This document shows positions 12,130 to 24,360 of a DNA stretch of 64,000 bases, piece by piece (position 1 is the first letter of the stretch; every line of letters starts with the position of its first letter). The notes under the pieces are model-generated. The model saw only the letters and a list, made by a program, of their open reading frames with translations, did no database searches and was not told the DNA's origin. The translations under genes were made by a program, and so were the position numbers. This DNA comes from Chiloscyllium plagiosum (Eukaryota), in the NCBI RefSeq assembly GCF_004010195.1, contig NC_057723.1:39033425-39097424 (forward strand). The letters are read 5' to 3'.

Positions 12130-12325
12130 CCCCTCTAATTCTAAGGCTGTGCCCCAGGTCCGAGTCTCCCCGCCTGACGAAAACAAATTCCCAGCATCCA
12201 CCCTTTCTCGGCCATGCACTATCTTGTAAGTTTCTATTAGATCTCCCCTCAACCTTCTCAACTCTAATGAATACAATCTCAGGATCCTTAGCTATTCATC
12301 ATATGTTGGGCCTACCATTCCAGGG

Positions 12326-13345
12326 ATTAGATTAGATTCCTTACAGTGTGGAAACAGGCCCTTCAGCCCAACCAGTCCACACCGACCCTCTGAAGAGTAA
12401 CCCACCCAGACCCATTTCACTTTGACTAATGCACCTAACACTATGGGCAATTTAGCATGGCCAATCCACCTGATCTGGGAGTGCTAGTCGAGGATTCTCT
12501 AAAGGTAAACATGCAGGTTGAGTCCGTGATTAAGAAAGCGAATGCAATGTTGTCTCTTATCTCAAGAGGGTTGGAATATAAAAGCAGAGATGTACTACTA
12601 AGACTTTATAAAGCTCTGGTTAGGCCCCATTTGGAGTACTGTGTCCAGTTTTGGTCCCCACACCTCAGGAAGGACATACTGGCACTGGAACGTGTCCAGC
12701 GGAGATTCACACGGATGATCCCTGGAATGACAGGTCTAACATATGAGGAACGGCTGAGGATAGTGGGATTGTATTCGTTGGAGTTTAGAAGATTAAGGGG
12801 AGACTTAATAGAGACGTACAAAATAATACATGGCTTGGCAAAGGTGGATGCTAGGAAATTGTTTCAGTTAAACGAGGAGACTAGGACCCGTGGATACAGC
12901 CTTAGAATTAGAGGGGGTCATTTCAGAACAGAAATGCGGAGACATTTCTTCAGCCAGAGAGTGGTGGGCCTGTGGAATTCATTGCCACGGAGTGCAGTGG
13001 AAGCCGGGATGCTAAATGTCTTCAAGGCCGAGATTGATAGATTCTTGTTGTCTAGAGGAATTAAGGGCTACGGGGAGAACGCTGGTAAGTGGAGCTGAAA
13101 TGCGCATCAGCCATGATTGAATGGCGGAGTGGACTCGATGGGCCGAATGGCCTTACTTCCACTCCTATGTCTTATGGTCTTATGGTCTTATCTTTGGATT
13201 GTGGGACGAAACCGGAGCATCCGGAGGAAACCCACGTTGACGCGGGGAGAATGTGTAAACAGACGGTCGCCCAAGGCTGGAATCGAACCTGGGACCCTGG
13301 TGCTGTGAGGCAGCAGTACTAACCACTAAGCCACCTTGCTGCCCC
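12326..13345 (-). mobile_element. HE1-like V-SINE split into 12326-12472 and 13190-13345 by a LINE insertion
   Basis: TTAGATTAGATT tail, V-domain (GGAAACCCACG..CGGGGAGAATGTG) and tRNA-like head with A/B boxes on the minus strand. Confidence 0.88.
12473..13190 (+). mobile_element. Young CR1 LINE 3' fragment (uninterrupted ORF2 C-terminus) nested in the SINE
   Basis: ORF ..[51 protein letters not shown] is open to 13098. (CTTATGGT)n tail. CpGs retained. Confidence 0.92.
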
Positions 13346-14559
13346 ATGGATCATCTGTGTGAATCTCCGCTGGACACACTCTAGTGCCAATATGTACTTC
13401 CTGAGGTGTGTGGCCCAGAATTGGACACAGTATTCTAAATGGGGCCTAACCAGAGCTTTATAAAGTCTCAGTAGATTTTACATCGCTGCTTTTACATTCC
13501 AACCCTCTTGAGATAAAGGACATTACATTTGCTTTCTTAACCACAGACTCAACATGCAAGTCAACCTTTAGAGAATCCCGGACTAGCCCTCCCAGATCTC
13601 TTTGTACTTTGGCTTTATGAATTTTCTCACCGTTTAGAAAATAGTCCATGCCTGTATTCTTTTTCCCAAAGTGCAAGACCTCGCATTTGCTCACTTTGAA
13701 TTTCATCAGCCATTTTTTGGACCACTCTCCTAAACTGTCTAAATCTTTCTGCAGCCTCCCTACCTCCTCAGAACTACCTGCCTGTCCGCCTAACTTCATA
13801 TCATCGCTGAACTTCACCAGAATGCCCCCAGTCCCCTCATCCAGGTCATTAATATATAAGTGAACAGCTGCATGCCCAACACTGAACCCTGCGGGACACC
13901 AGTTGTCACTAGCTGCCATTCTGAAAAAGAACCTTTTATCCCAACTCTCTGCCTTCTGTCAGATTGCCAATCCTCAATCCATGCCAGTAGCTCAACTCGA
14001 ACACCATGCGCCCTCACCTTACTTAGCAGCCTGCCTTGAGGCATCTTATCAAAGGCCTTTTGGAAATCTAGGTAGATAACATCCATTGGTCTAACCTACT
14101 TGTTACTTCTTCAAAGAATTGTAACAGGTTTGTCAGGCACGACCTTCCCTTACTAAATCCATGCTGACTTGTTCTCATCCAATCCTGCACATCCAAGAAC
14201 TTAGAAATCTCATCCTTAATGACGGAATCTAGAATTTTTCCTACAACCGAGATTGGCCTATAATTTTCCATCTTTTGTCTTGATGAATGACCCTTCATCC
14301 AGATATCCACAGCACTGTGACTCCTGACCCTCATATCCAGAATGTTCTGAACACCAGTTCAGAAGATTGAACAGAATTCAAAAACTTGCAAAGAATGACT
14401 TTTAAAAAAATATAGAGAAATTAAAGTAATAAAAAAAGACTAGAAATGTAAAATCAGACACTAACAGTTTTTGCAGGTACTCAAGAAGGTAAAGCGAATC
14501 AAAAGTTTGCTTGCACTCATTGTAAAAGATACAGTTGAGACCCATGAAGAAACATAATC

Positions 14560-16420
14560 AAAAAATTTAAAGGGATGCAGGGTCTTACAACAATTACAAT
14601 TACCAAAACAATGCTGACATAACTATTGGAACAAAAGACTCAAGTCTCGGGGGCTGATCGATTACCTCCTCTGATCTTGTAGAAAGAGGCCATGGAGATA
14701 GTAAATGCATTGGTCATAATTTTCCAGAACTCCCTGGATTTTGTAAAGGTCCTACCACATTGGAAACTAGTAAATGTGACTCTACTCATAGAGTCATAGA
14801 GATGTACAGCACGGAAACAGACCCATTGGTCCAACTCATCCATGCTGACCAGATATCCTAAACTAATCAAGTCCTATTTGCCAGCATTTTGCTCATATCC
14901 CTCTAAACCCTTCCTATTCATATACCCACCCGGATTCCTTTTAAGTATTGTAATTGTATCAGTCTCCACCACTTCCTCTGGCAGCTCATTCCATACGTGC
15001 ACCACCCTCTGCATGAAAAGGTTGCCCCTTAGGTCTCTTTTATATTTTTCCCTTCTCACCCTAAACGTATGCCTTCAAGTTCTGGACTCCCTCACCTCAG
15101 GGAAAAGACCTTGTCTATTTATCCTCTCCATGCCTCATGATTTTGTAAATCTCTATAAGGTCACCCCTCAGCCTCCGACGCTCCAGGGAAAACAGCCTCT
15201 ATTTAAGAAAGGAGGGAGACAGAAACCAGGAAACTATAGGCCAGCTTAATGTCTCTCAAGAGGAAAATGTTAGAATTTATTATTAAGGTAGTTATGGCAG
15301 GGCACTTAGAAAAGCGTATTACAACCAGGCAGAATTAACATTCTTTTGGGAGATTGTATTTGACAATACCTAATCAATTTAGTTGTAGTGGAACCTGAAG
15401 ATCTGGTGTACTTGGATTTCCAAAAGGTTTTTGATAAGGTGCTACATCAAAGGTCACTGCACAATATAATTATTCATGGTGTAAGGAGTAATATATTAAT
15501 CTAGATGAAGGATTTGTTAACTAACAAGACGTAGAAAGTAGTGATAAATTGGTAATTTTGGCGTTAGCAAGTTAGTGGAGTGCCTCAGTGATTAGCAATG
15601 GAGCCATAACTGATAACAATCCACACTAATGAGTGTTTGGAAGGCACAGAATGTATGGTTTTTACATTTGCTGATTAACACAGTCAGATAGGTAGGAAAG
15701 TAAGAAAAAATGGTGAAAAGGACGTAAAAGAAAAATAGGTTAAATGAGTGGGCAGTAATTTGGCAGATGGAGCATAATGTCAGAAAGTATGAACTTTGGC
15801 AGAAGAGTAGAAGAACAGGATATTACTTAAACGAGGGAGATTGCAGAATTCTACAGTACAAAGGGATCCAGGCACTTGAATCATTAAGTCCATATGCAAG
15901 TTTGGCAAGTGATTATGAAGTAAATGGAATATTGTTATTAATTACAAGAGGAGTAGAAATTAAAGGTAAGGAAATTTTTTGACATTTTACAGGGTTTTGG
16001 TGAGACCACATCTGGAGTACTTTGTGCAGTTTTAGTCTCCTTACTTGGGAAAAGATATAATTATATTAGAAGCAGTTCAGAAAAGTTAACTAATTCCTAG
16101 GATAACAAATTTTCTTAGGAGAAACGGTTGGACATTGGGCCTATATCCATTGGACTTTAGTAGACTGCAAAACAATCGTTATGAAATGTATAAGATCCTG
16201 AAAAGTCTTGACAGGGTCAATGATGAGAAGTTGTTTCCTCTTGTAGTCTAGAACTAGCAGACATAATTTAAAAATAAGGGGTCTCATATTTAAGACATAT
16301 ATAAAGAGAAATTGTATCTATGTGGGTTGTTAGTCTGTGGAATTATCTTCCGTAGTGAGAAGTGGAGGAAAGGTTATTGAATCTGTTTAAGACTGAGTTA
16401 GATTTTTAATTGTCAAGGGA
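14560..16420 (+). mobile_element. Old decayed CR1 LINE, interrupted at ~14787-15198
   Basis: Degenerate KSRGLIDY/LVIIFQNSL, then LFKKGGRQKPGNYRP resuming at ~15198, LDFQKVFDKV and [12 protein letters not shown]. Confidence 0.72.
14787..15198 (-). mobile_element. CR1 (HER1-like) LINE 3' fragment
   Basis: CATAGAGTCATAGAG tail. Minus ORF YKRDLRGNLFMQRVVHVWNELPEEVV. Confidence 0.88.
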
Positions 16421-18399
16421 TGACTTAAAAATGCTCCTCCATAAGGAAACCTGCCAGTTATGACCACTTATTTTTCCTGTTTCTCACACAATCAGAGTGT
16501 CCCTTCATCTTGAAATGCCCACTGCTTCCTACACCACTCATATCTGGCAGGGGACTAGCTGGTGATTGCCCGGAGCCTCAGGCACACCTATTCCTCCTCC
16601 TACCGACAGAGACAGACTGCTATCCTTAATTAATCAGGCCCCCCTGCCTATAGTGCTCAGGAAAATCAATCATCAAGGCAAACTCAAATGCCATTGGGAT
16701 TGGGATCTGCATATTGTCTTCATGCCTGAAAATCTTCTAAATTGTGATGTTTCTGTTGTATATGAGTTCTGCATTAGTATGAGACAAAACTGGGGATGTG
16801 CTTGAGCAGCGGTAAAGGAAGCTCTTTGAAGTTAGTCACAGGTTGTATTTGTCACTCACTATAATTTCAATGCCTCAATTTATTCCATGAGAAGGGAAAT
16901 GCAATCCTTAAATACTTGCATGAGATTCTACCTCTGTGTGAAACTCTTATCCAACCCTGTGTCCATTTGATGATAATGTGATTGAATACCTAAAATTACT
17001 CAATCATTAGCAAAGTTTTAGTGGCCACTAATTGGAGGAGTGTATTAATGAGCTATTTGCTAAAGGTTATTAAATAGTTTAAACAAAATATTAAACAACA
17101 ATCAAACTGAAATAGCAGTTATAAATTCCATTTAGAGATTAAGACAAAGGATTAAGAAATAATGTTAGTCTCTGTTTTCCACTTTATCCTTCTTTTATTG
17201 CTTTTAAGTTGTTGGAATTCAAACTTTCAGGTATAAAAGTCACTGATTGCCACTATTGAGATGTAAAATTTAAATAGTTAAGTAATGGGTATGTTAGTGG
17301 AAAGGTAAAAAGTGCAACAATTTTCTCCTAGTAGCAGCCAATATTGACAGCAGAGAGCAAAATCCAGGCCCTGAAGGAATGCACTGATGGTGATATTTTA
17401 CTTTCAATTGTGTTGAACTTTGTCACTATATAGAAACACAGGTTTCCATTAGATAAAAGCTTTAGCAACATTTTGTAGAGTAACATGCATTGAGTATATA
17501 ATTAACCAGTTCTAGAATTTATTGAGAGATTTAGTAGTTATCCAACTTACCTAACAAAATAAAGATTTTGATTCACATTACAAGGAATAGCAGGGGTTGA
17601 GGGGTTTAATTTTTACTGTATGTAACAGTGTAAAATAAATGGTGATAGTGAATTAGTAGTTCCTGTTTTATATTTCCCCAGATTTATATTTCTATTGACT
17701 TCAGCAGTTCAAATAAAATCCTAATTTCAAAAGGTGACATTTAAGAAATGTGAAAGTAAGTTTAAGAAAAGCCCTTTTGATTTCAATTGGTATATTTTGG
17801 AGAAACCATAGCTGGCATTTTCAGGAATATATTACTTATGAAGTTGTTTCAACACAACAATGTCTGGTCAGACAGCCAAACCACACTGAGATCCAAATGG
17901 AAAATCCCTCTTTAAAAAGAAGGAAGTTGATGTTGGAAATTGTAATTTGGTGTGATGTTTGGGAGTAACTTTGTAATATTTGGATTCCATATAACATACC
18001 AAACGAACCTCTTAGTCACAAGAGAGTGCTTAGAAATGACTTGTTAGCTGCCAAGTATAAGTGATGTATTTGAACAGAACCTTCCAACAGTAGAGATGTA
18101 CAATGCAAATGAACTTAAGAGGATATTTAAGATAGTAAGGGTTTGTGTGTGGCTGTACATTCAAATATAAAAAAGGAAGTACTAGTATATAATTTGCTTG
18201 AATATATGTGAAAGTTCCAATCATACTTATCAGACTATAAAGAAATATTTAGTTATTTACTGAAGGAATTAAGTTAGATGGTGCAGGGGAAAAAAAACAA
18301 TTTTAGAGTGAGGAATTGTGTCTGCAGTACCATCATTTTTAAATGAGATAACCTGATTAAACAATTGCATTGCTGACCCATATTTACCTCATAATTTTG

Positions 18400-19610
18400 T
18401 TTTTTTTTTCTGAAAAGTGAGACAAGTTTCTGATGCTTTTCATCTTGCACTTATCATTGCCAAATCTCAAATGTTCACAAGAATTCATACTGCAGAAGAG
18501 GAGGGCACTGATTGGTTGCTAAGCAGACTCTGGTTGGCTGAGATGTTGCTGTGGAGAAAGCAATAGGACTGTAGGTTTAATTCAGAAAGGCACAAGGCTT
18601 GCTTGTTTATCTTTTGTTTGTAGAGAACAGGTCTGTTCATATGAATGTATGTCACATCTGGCAAGCACTAAATGAACCACACTGTGGGCTTGATTGATTA
18701 TCTTAAATTGTTTGTTAGTGTAGTGTGATTGGTGTTGTGTGATGTTAGTGTAGTTATTAACACACTCAGGATTATCGAGCATGTTGGTTTTCAAAAATGA
18801 CTAGAAATGTGAACATGTTAAGCAAGTTGTTTCACACTGCTATTAGGCAGTGGCTACACATATGATATTTTCCCTTAACAGAATGCTGCTGTCATTCTAC
18901 AAAGACTTGCTGTCTGTCACACAACTGATCAGTGGAATATTTGAATTTCAGTGCCAGTGCAATGCCAGATATGTATCATATATACCAACGATTGGCTGAT
19001 TGAAGCAAACAGTGCTTTCCTTTGGCTTTTTAAAATACAGACTATACTCAACAATCTCGCATTTACAAAATATAAAACAAAATATCTACCTTTTAGATTT
19101 GATTCTGCAATTGGGCAGCATTGTTGAACAATTCTGAGTGCGCTAATAGTTACAGTGACAACCAATTTCAGATAATCAGATGAACTTGTAACATGGCTCA
19201 TTTACATTTGTTAGAAGTGACATACATTTGCATTCCCTGTTGCTTTCTCTGTGTCAATGTCTCAGCCAATCAGAGTTGTCTTGTCAACTAATTAGTATTA
19301 GAATCATAGAGATCTGTAGTACAAAAAAAAAGCCCTCCAACCCACCAAATCTGCACTGGTCAAATACAACCGCCTAACTATTCTAACCTGATTTTCCAAA
19401 ACTTGGTCCACAGCCTTTTATGCCTTTTGACATCACATGTGTACATTTAAATACTTATTACAAACACTTTTCTTCTATAGTACAACTTATCCTGATCATT
19501 TGAATCTTGGCATTCTTATGTTTATCCTGATGAATGCAAGATGAAAATCTGAAGAAACATGTCTTTTCAGTCTCTCTCTTTTCAGTAATGTTTAAGTTCA
19601 GCACCAACAA
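18400..19610. mobile_element. Third PLE family as an inverted pair (minus ~18400-18790; plus ~18880-19610, interrupted by a LINE tail at ~19295-19455)
   Basis: Plus arm encodes a decayed GIY-YIG (..FEFQCQCNARYV..QRLAD..DSAIGQH..NNSECANSYSDNQFQII..AHLHLLEVTYI). Minus arm encodes LDNPECVNNY..QFKIINQAHSVVHL. CTCAGCCAATCAGAGT mirrors ACTCTGGTTGGCTGAG. Core CTGATGAATGCAAGATGAAA at 19527-19546. Confidence 0.7.
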
Positions 19611-19881
19611 ACATTTGGTTGTTCATTTACCAGCATATTGTTGAGTCATGCTACATTGCCTCATGTTTATAGCATGTTATAATGAATGAGAAATGCAGGA
19701 TAAATTGAATGAATTATGTATATGTACAAGGGAGCAGATCTTGACAGTAAGTGTGTTTTATCAATATGAGATCAAACTTGGATGCAATAATACTTTATAA
19801 AGTACAATTCTGATGGGGAGAGAGACAAAACGAAGTTTAATTTTTACATTACATCTTTTTTTTGAACATGAGATTGAACGT

Positions 19882-20194
19882 GGGCGGCACGGTGGCACAG
19901 TGGTTAGCACTGCTGCCTCACAGCGCCAGAGACCCGGGTTCAATTCCCGACTCAGGCGACTGACTGTGTGGAGTTTGCACATTCTCCCCGTGTCTGCGTG
20001 GGTTTCCTCCGGGTGTTCCGGTTTCCTCCCACAGTCCAAAGATATGCGGGTCAGGTGAATTGGCCATGCTAAATTGCCCATAGTGTTAGGTTAAAGGGGT
20101 AAATGTAGGGGTATGGGTGGGTTGCGCTTCGGCGGGTCGGTGTGGACTTGTTGGGCCGAAGGGCCTGTTTCCACACTGTAAGTAATCTAATCTA
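19882..20194 (+). mobile_element. Full-length HE1-like V-SINE (tRNA-derived)
   Basis: A box GGTGGCACAGTGGTTAGC, B box GGTTCAATTCC, V-domain GTGGAGTTTGCACATTCTCCCCGTGTCTGCGTGGGTTTCCTCCGG, LINE-like 3' end and TAATCTAATC tail. Confidence 0.93.
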
Positions 20195-20290
20195 AAAAAA
20201 ATTATGACTTTTAAGTGTAAATCTTCCCTTCCTCTTTTTCTAATGCTGTTCATTAACTATAGTTGAAGGAAACTGTTCCCAGTTTCTATA

Positions 20291-20860
20291 TAGACAATAG
20301 ACCATAGGTGCAGGAGTAGGCCATTCTGCCCTTCGAGCCTGCACTACCATTCAATATGATCATGGCTGATCATCCTTAATCAGTCTCCTGTTCCTGCCTT
20401 ATCTCCATAACCTTTGATTCCACAATCCTTGAGAGCCCTATCCAATTCTTTCTTAAATGAATCCAGAGACTGGGCCTCCACTGCCCTCTGCGGCAGAGCA
20501 TTCCACACAGCCACCACTCTCTGGATGAAAAAGTTTCTCCTCATCTCTGTCCTAAATGGTCTACCCGTATTTTTAAGCTGTGTCCTCTGGTTCGGCACTC
20601 ACCCATCAACGGAAACATGTTTCCTGTTTCCAGAGTGTCCAATCCTTTAATAATCTTATATGTCTCAATCATATCCCCTCTCAGTCTTCTAAACTCAAGG
20701 GCATACAAGCCCAGTCGCTCCAGTATTTCAGTGTAAGGTAATCCCGCCATTCCAGGAATTGACCTCGTGAACCTATGCTGCACTCCCTCAATAGCCAGGA
20801 TGTCTTTCCTCAAATTTGGAGACCAGAACTGCACACAGTACTCCAGGTGTGGTCTCATCA
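20291..20860 (-). mobile_element. CR1 LINE 3' fragment
   Basis: Minus ORFs [26 protein letters not shown] and RRNFFIQRVVAVWNALP. TAGACAATAGACCATAGG tail. Confidence 0.9.
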
Positions 20861-22079
20861 GGCCATATGGCATGATATATCTGAAAGGGGTAATTAGAAA
20901 TGCATATTAGATTCTGTTGTTGTTGTATAGCATATAAGTGCCTCAGTTAAGCCTCCATAGATCATACTTCGTTATTTAATTGTTGCCCACTGTCCATTAA
21001 ATGATTGGTCATAGAAATCTTGTGTTTGAGAGTAAGGTTTGACTCGATCATGGTGTAATGGTCATTCTGTGGCGTGTTGTACAGTCTTGGAAATGTTTAC
21101 TGTGTATTCATTGAAGAAAGATGTTCTAAAGGGTATGGATGGCACTGGCAAGATTGCAATTAATTCCCATTTTAGTTGCCTGTAAAGACAGTATTGTTCC
21201 GTAAGTTCAAACCACTGTTGTTTTTGTAGTATTGTGCTGGTATTTAAAAGTAATTACTATTTTTAATTATCCTAAATCTAGTCTTTATTAAGTGTCGGAA
21301 AAGAACCCTTTTTGATTCAGTGAACAGTTGCAGTGAGATGAAATGTATTCAAGACTCCGTTAAGCATCTTGTCTTAACAAGTGGCAACACATTGGTTTGG
21401 ATTTCAATCCTTTGCTCCTCCTCTTCAAAAATGCAGACACATTTGTAAAGAAAACTATTATTGTTTCCTGTGGAAAATAGTAGGCAAATAATGCCAGCCT
21501 CAAATTGACACACATGTTAAAAATGAAAACTGATTAAAAAAACCCATAAAAATTCCCTTTGCGAAACAAATCACACATAGAAGGGATGTAAGTTTTCATC
21601 CTAATTTAAATAAATTGACTTGAAATCTACAGGTGCTTCCTGTGGCTGCCGAAACAGCAATCTGAAATTTGCTAGAAAGTGGGCAACAATTTGGTGTATG
21701 AGAACTCATTTTCCAACTGCACCTCTGCAAAACTTATCTATTCAGTTGCGAAATTGACATGTCTTACTTAAATGACAGTGAGGATATATTTTGTTGGGAT
21801 TGCCAAATTTAAGAATAACCAGTGAACAGGAAACCCTTTAGAAAATGCATAGTAATATCCAGGATACGGAACTCAACATTTTTGTTGTCTTTTTTCCACT
21901 TTTTAAAAATAGTTACAGTCCCAAAAAAAGTGGTAATAATGCATTCCTTTCCATCTACTGATGGCAAAAATAAGGTGCATAATTGCTTAGTTAATGGATT
22001 TGCTGAGAAAGATTCCAGTTCCAGTCTATCGTGATTTTAGAGTTATTATGCAAAGAAAGGTGTGGTCAGGACAATCAAC

Positions 22080-22340
22080 AACAACAACTTGTATTTATGG
22101 AGTACTTTTCCACTGTAATTTGTTGCAAACTGCTTCACAGGTGCATTATCAGACATGTTTTGAGAATGGTGTGGAAAGAGCTATTAGAACAGTTTAGTCA
22201 AAGAGTTACATTTTAAAGAGAGACTAAAGTATGAAGGTAGAAAGATTTAGAAATGGAGAGGGAAGGATTTGTGGAGGGACTTCCAGACCTTGGGGCCCAG
22301 ACAATTGAAGGTATAGTGGCAAATGATATAGCAGACAAAT
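22080..22340 (-). mobile_element. Old LINE (L2-like) 3' remnant
   Basis: ACAACAACTTGTATTTAT.. tail-like start and GGAGGGACTTCCAGACCTTGGGGCCCAG (WNSLP-like motif on the minus strand). Confidence 0.45.
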
Positions 22341-24019
22341 TGGGGTTGTGTAACAGGTCAGAGTTAAGCTTTACACCTTGATAAGGGTCACAGTCCATAT
22401 CTGTATGCCATGCATCTCCGATCTGGCAGTGGTCAGGGAGTGCTGTCTTCACAAGTACTGGGTGTCAATTTTTTAAGTTACTTCACAGGATATGGTGTGA
22501 AGTTGCCAATTCCTATTTGCTTCACATGTGATCAAGGTTCATAATAAGTTCAGGTGCCTGTTGACTCTTTCCAGAGAGCATCATAATTCTTGTTACTCAG
22601 ATTTTTTAAAAAAATCCCCTTTTTAATGTTTTACTCACATAGAATTTTCAACTCTGGCCACATTTGCACTTCTTGAAAATATCAAAATCAGACTTGGGCT
22701 TCTTGCATAATTTTGGTAATGAATTGCCTTTGCAAGAGTGTTGGAAAGATACACTACCATTCAACTTGGTGCAAATGATAGGTCATGAATTTTTTGATGG
22801 AGTTCCAGCTATTTTTGTGAAAGAGCCACAGAAACCTTAAAAGAAAACTGTGTAAGTACTGCATTTTAACCATTTCCAAGGCACTGCAGCTACTTCTCTG
22901 GCTTTCTAATCATTTGCTTGGAAACTGCATTTACATCGGCTAATTTTCGCTCACAAGTATTCCTTATATCAATACATTACAAGAAAAGTCATAAATGTTG
23001 GCAGCTTATAATGCGGCATGAGTCCTTTACAACATTGACATTATTATTTCAGCATTATGTACATTGCAGTTTGTCTTTAATCAGAAAGAACAACATGAGT
23101 TCCCAATAGTATATTTTACCCAGAGCCTTCTGGCAAGTAGAAAGTGCTTTGTTTTTGATGTTGCTACTCAGAGATATAGGCAAACTGGTTTAACTGGTAA
23201 ATGAATTTAGAAATGTTAATTTGTTGGCTGGGAAATTTTATTCTTTAACAATATGTTTCCTCATCCTTCTAAGTCAATAACTCATCACACGCATGGCATA
23301 GAAAACTAAATCCTAGGGAAACTACTCTTTCTTGAGGATTATATGCTTATGAGGCTGTATCCAGGGGCAGAATGGTTTTATTTTACCACAGTGGATGCTG
23401 GGTAAGGTATTTCCCAATTCCATAGAATAATTTGAAATTACATAGTACAGGGTATGACCATTTGGAAAATATGGACACCTGCAAAACGAGAGAATGATAC
23501 AGGTGTCAAATGTACTTACACATCACACTAGTGCACAGGTAGAAAGAATATTCCCTTCCCAGTGAACTATCCAACATGAAATGCTTGGGAGAAAGACTTT
23601 GGGGTAAATTTGATCAAAAATCAGCTAAGGTCCTTGCATTGTTCACCAGTAAAGTCTATGTGTTCAGACAGACAAGATCCACCCACCTTGGGCATGGCAC
23701 AGTCATTTTTCGATCCTTTGCACATTTGTGGTTTGGTTGAAGATGAAAGACCACACAGGTTGCATGTCACAGAGTGAGTCATAAGCTCAGTCTGTCAATC
23801 TATGTGATCCCCAAAGCTTGATGTTCTCCACTGCGTTCCTGTTGATCCCATCAATTCTGAGAATCCTCCAAATCTTATGTTTTAAGATTTCATCTCCCCA
23901 CTTTACCTCCTCAACCCCAGACCTTTGATTTAGTTATGGCAAATGTTGTGATGCACTGTCCCACCCATTAAAGGTTTGTGATGGCCATTGGTAACTCATG
24001 CCCTTTAATGGTCTATCAT

Positions 24020-24360
24020 CTAGGGTGTAGGTTTGCTCGCTGAACTGTGTAGGTTTGATATCCAGACGTTTCAGTACCTGGCTAGGTAACATTATCAGTG
24101 GCGACCTCCAAGTGAAGCGAAGCTGTTGTCTCCTGTTTTCTATTTATATGTTTGTCCTGGATGGGGTTCCTGGGATTTATGGTGATGACATTTCCTGTTC
24201 GTTTTCTGAGGGGTTGATAGATGGTATCTAGATCTATGTGTTTGTTTATGGCATTGTGGTTGGAGTGCCAGGCCTCTAGGAATTCTCTGGCATGTCTTTG
24301 CTTAGCCTGTCTCAGGATAGATGTGTTGTCCCAGACGTAATGGTGGTTTTTTTTTCATCT
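24020..24360 (-). mobile_element. PLE (second family, Poseidon/Penelope-like) 3' fragment with hammerhead motif
   Basis: Minus strand encodes WDNTSILRQAKQRHAREFLEAWHSNHNAINKHIDLDTIY. Hammerhead-like CTGATAA-TGTTACCT-AGCC-AGGTACT-GAAAC-GTC at 24098-24065. Confidence 0.8.

Larger units (their letters stand above)
11630..14282 (-). mobile_element. CR1 LINE (host of a nested cluster), pieces 11630-11910, 12130-12327 and 13348-14282
   Basis: Minus-strand ORFs give ENYRPIS, SQHGFSKGRSCLTNL, YLDFQKAFDK, GVPQGSVLG, KFSDDMKLGG and RRHFFSQRVVGLWNSLP. Tail at 11630-11650. Confidence 0.9.

Noticed and set aside
12457-13098. 213-aa ORF as a host gene
   Set aside because: It is the CR1 ORF2 C-terminus, with a chance ATG supplied by the flanking SINE.
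19882-19960. tRNA gene
   Set aside because: The A/B boxes belong to the SINE head and continue into the V-domain and LINE-like tail. The same applies at 30141 and 59424.
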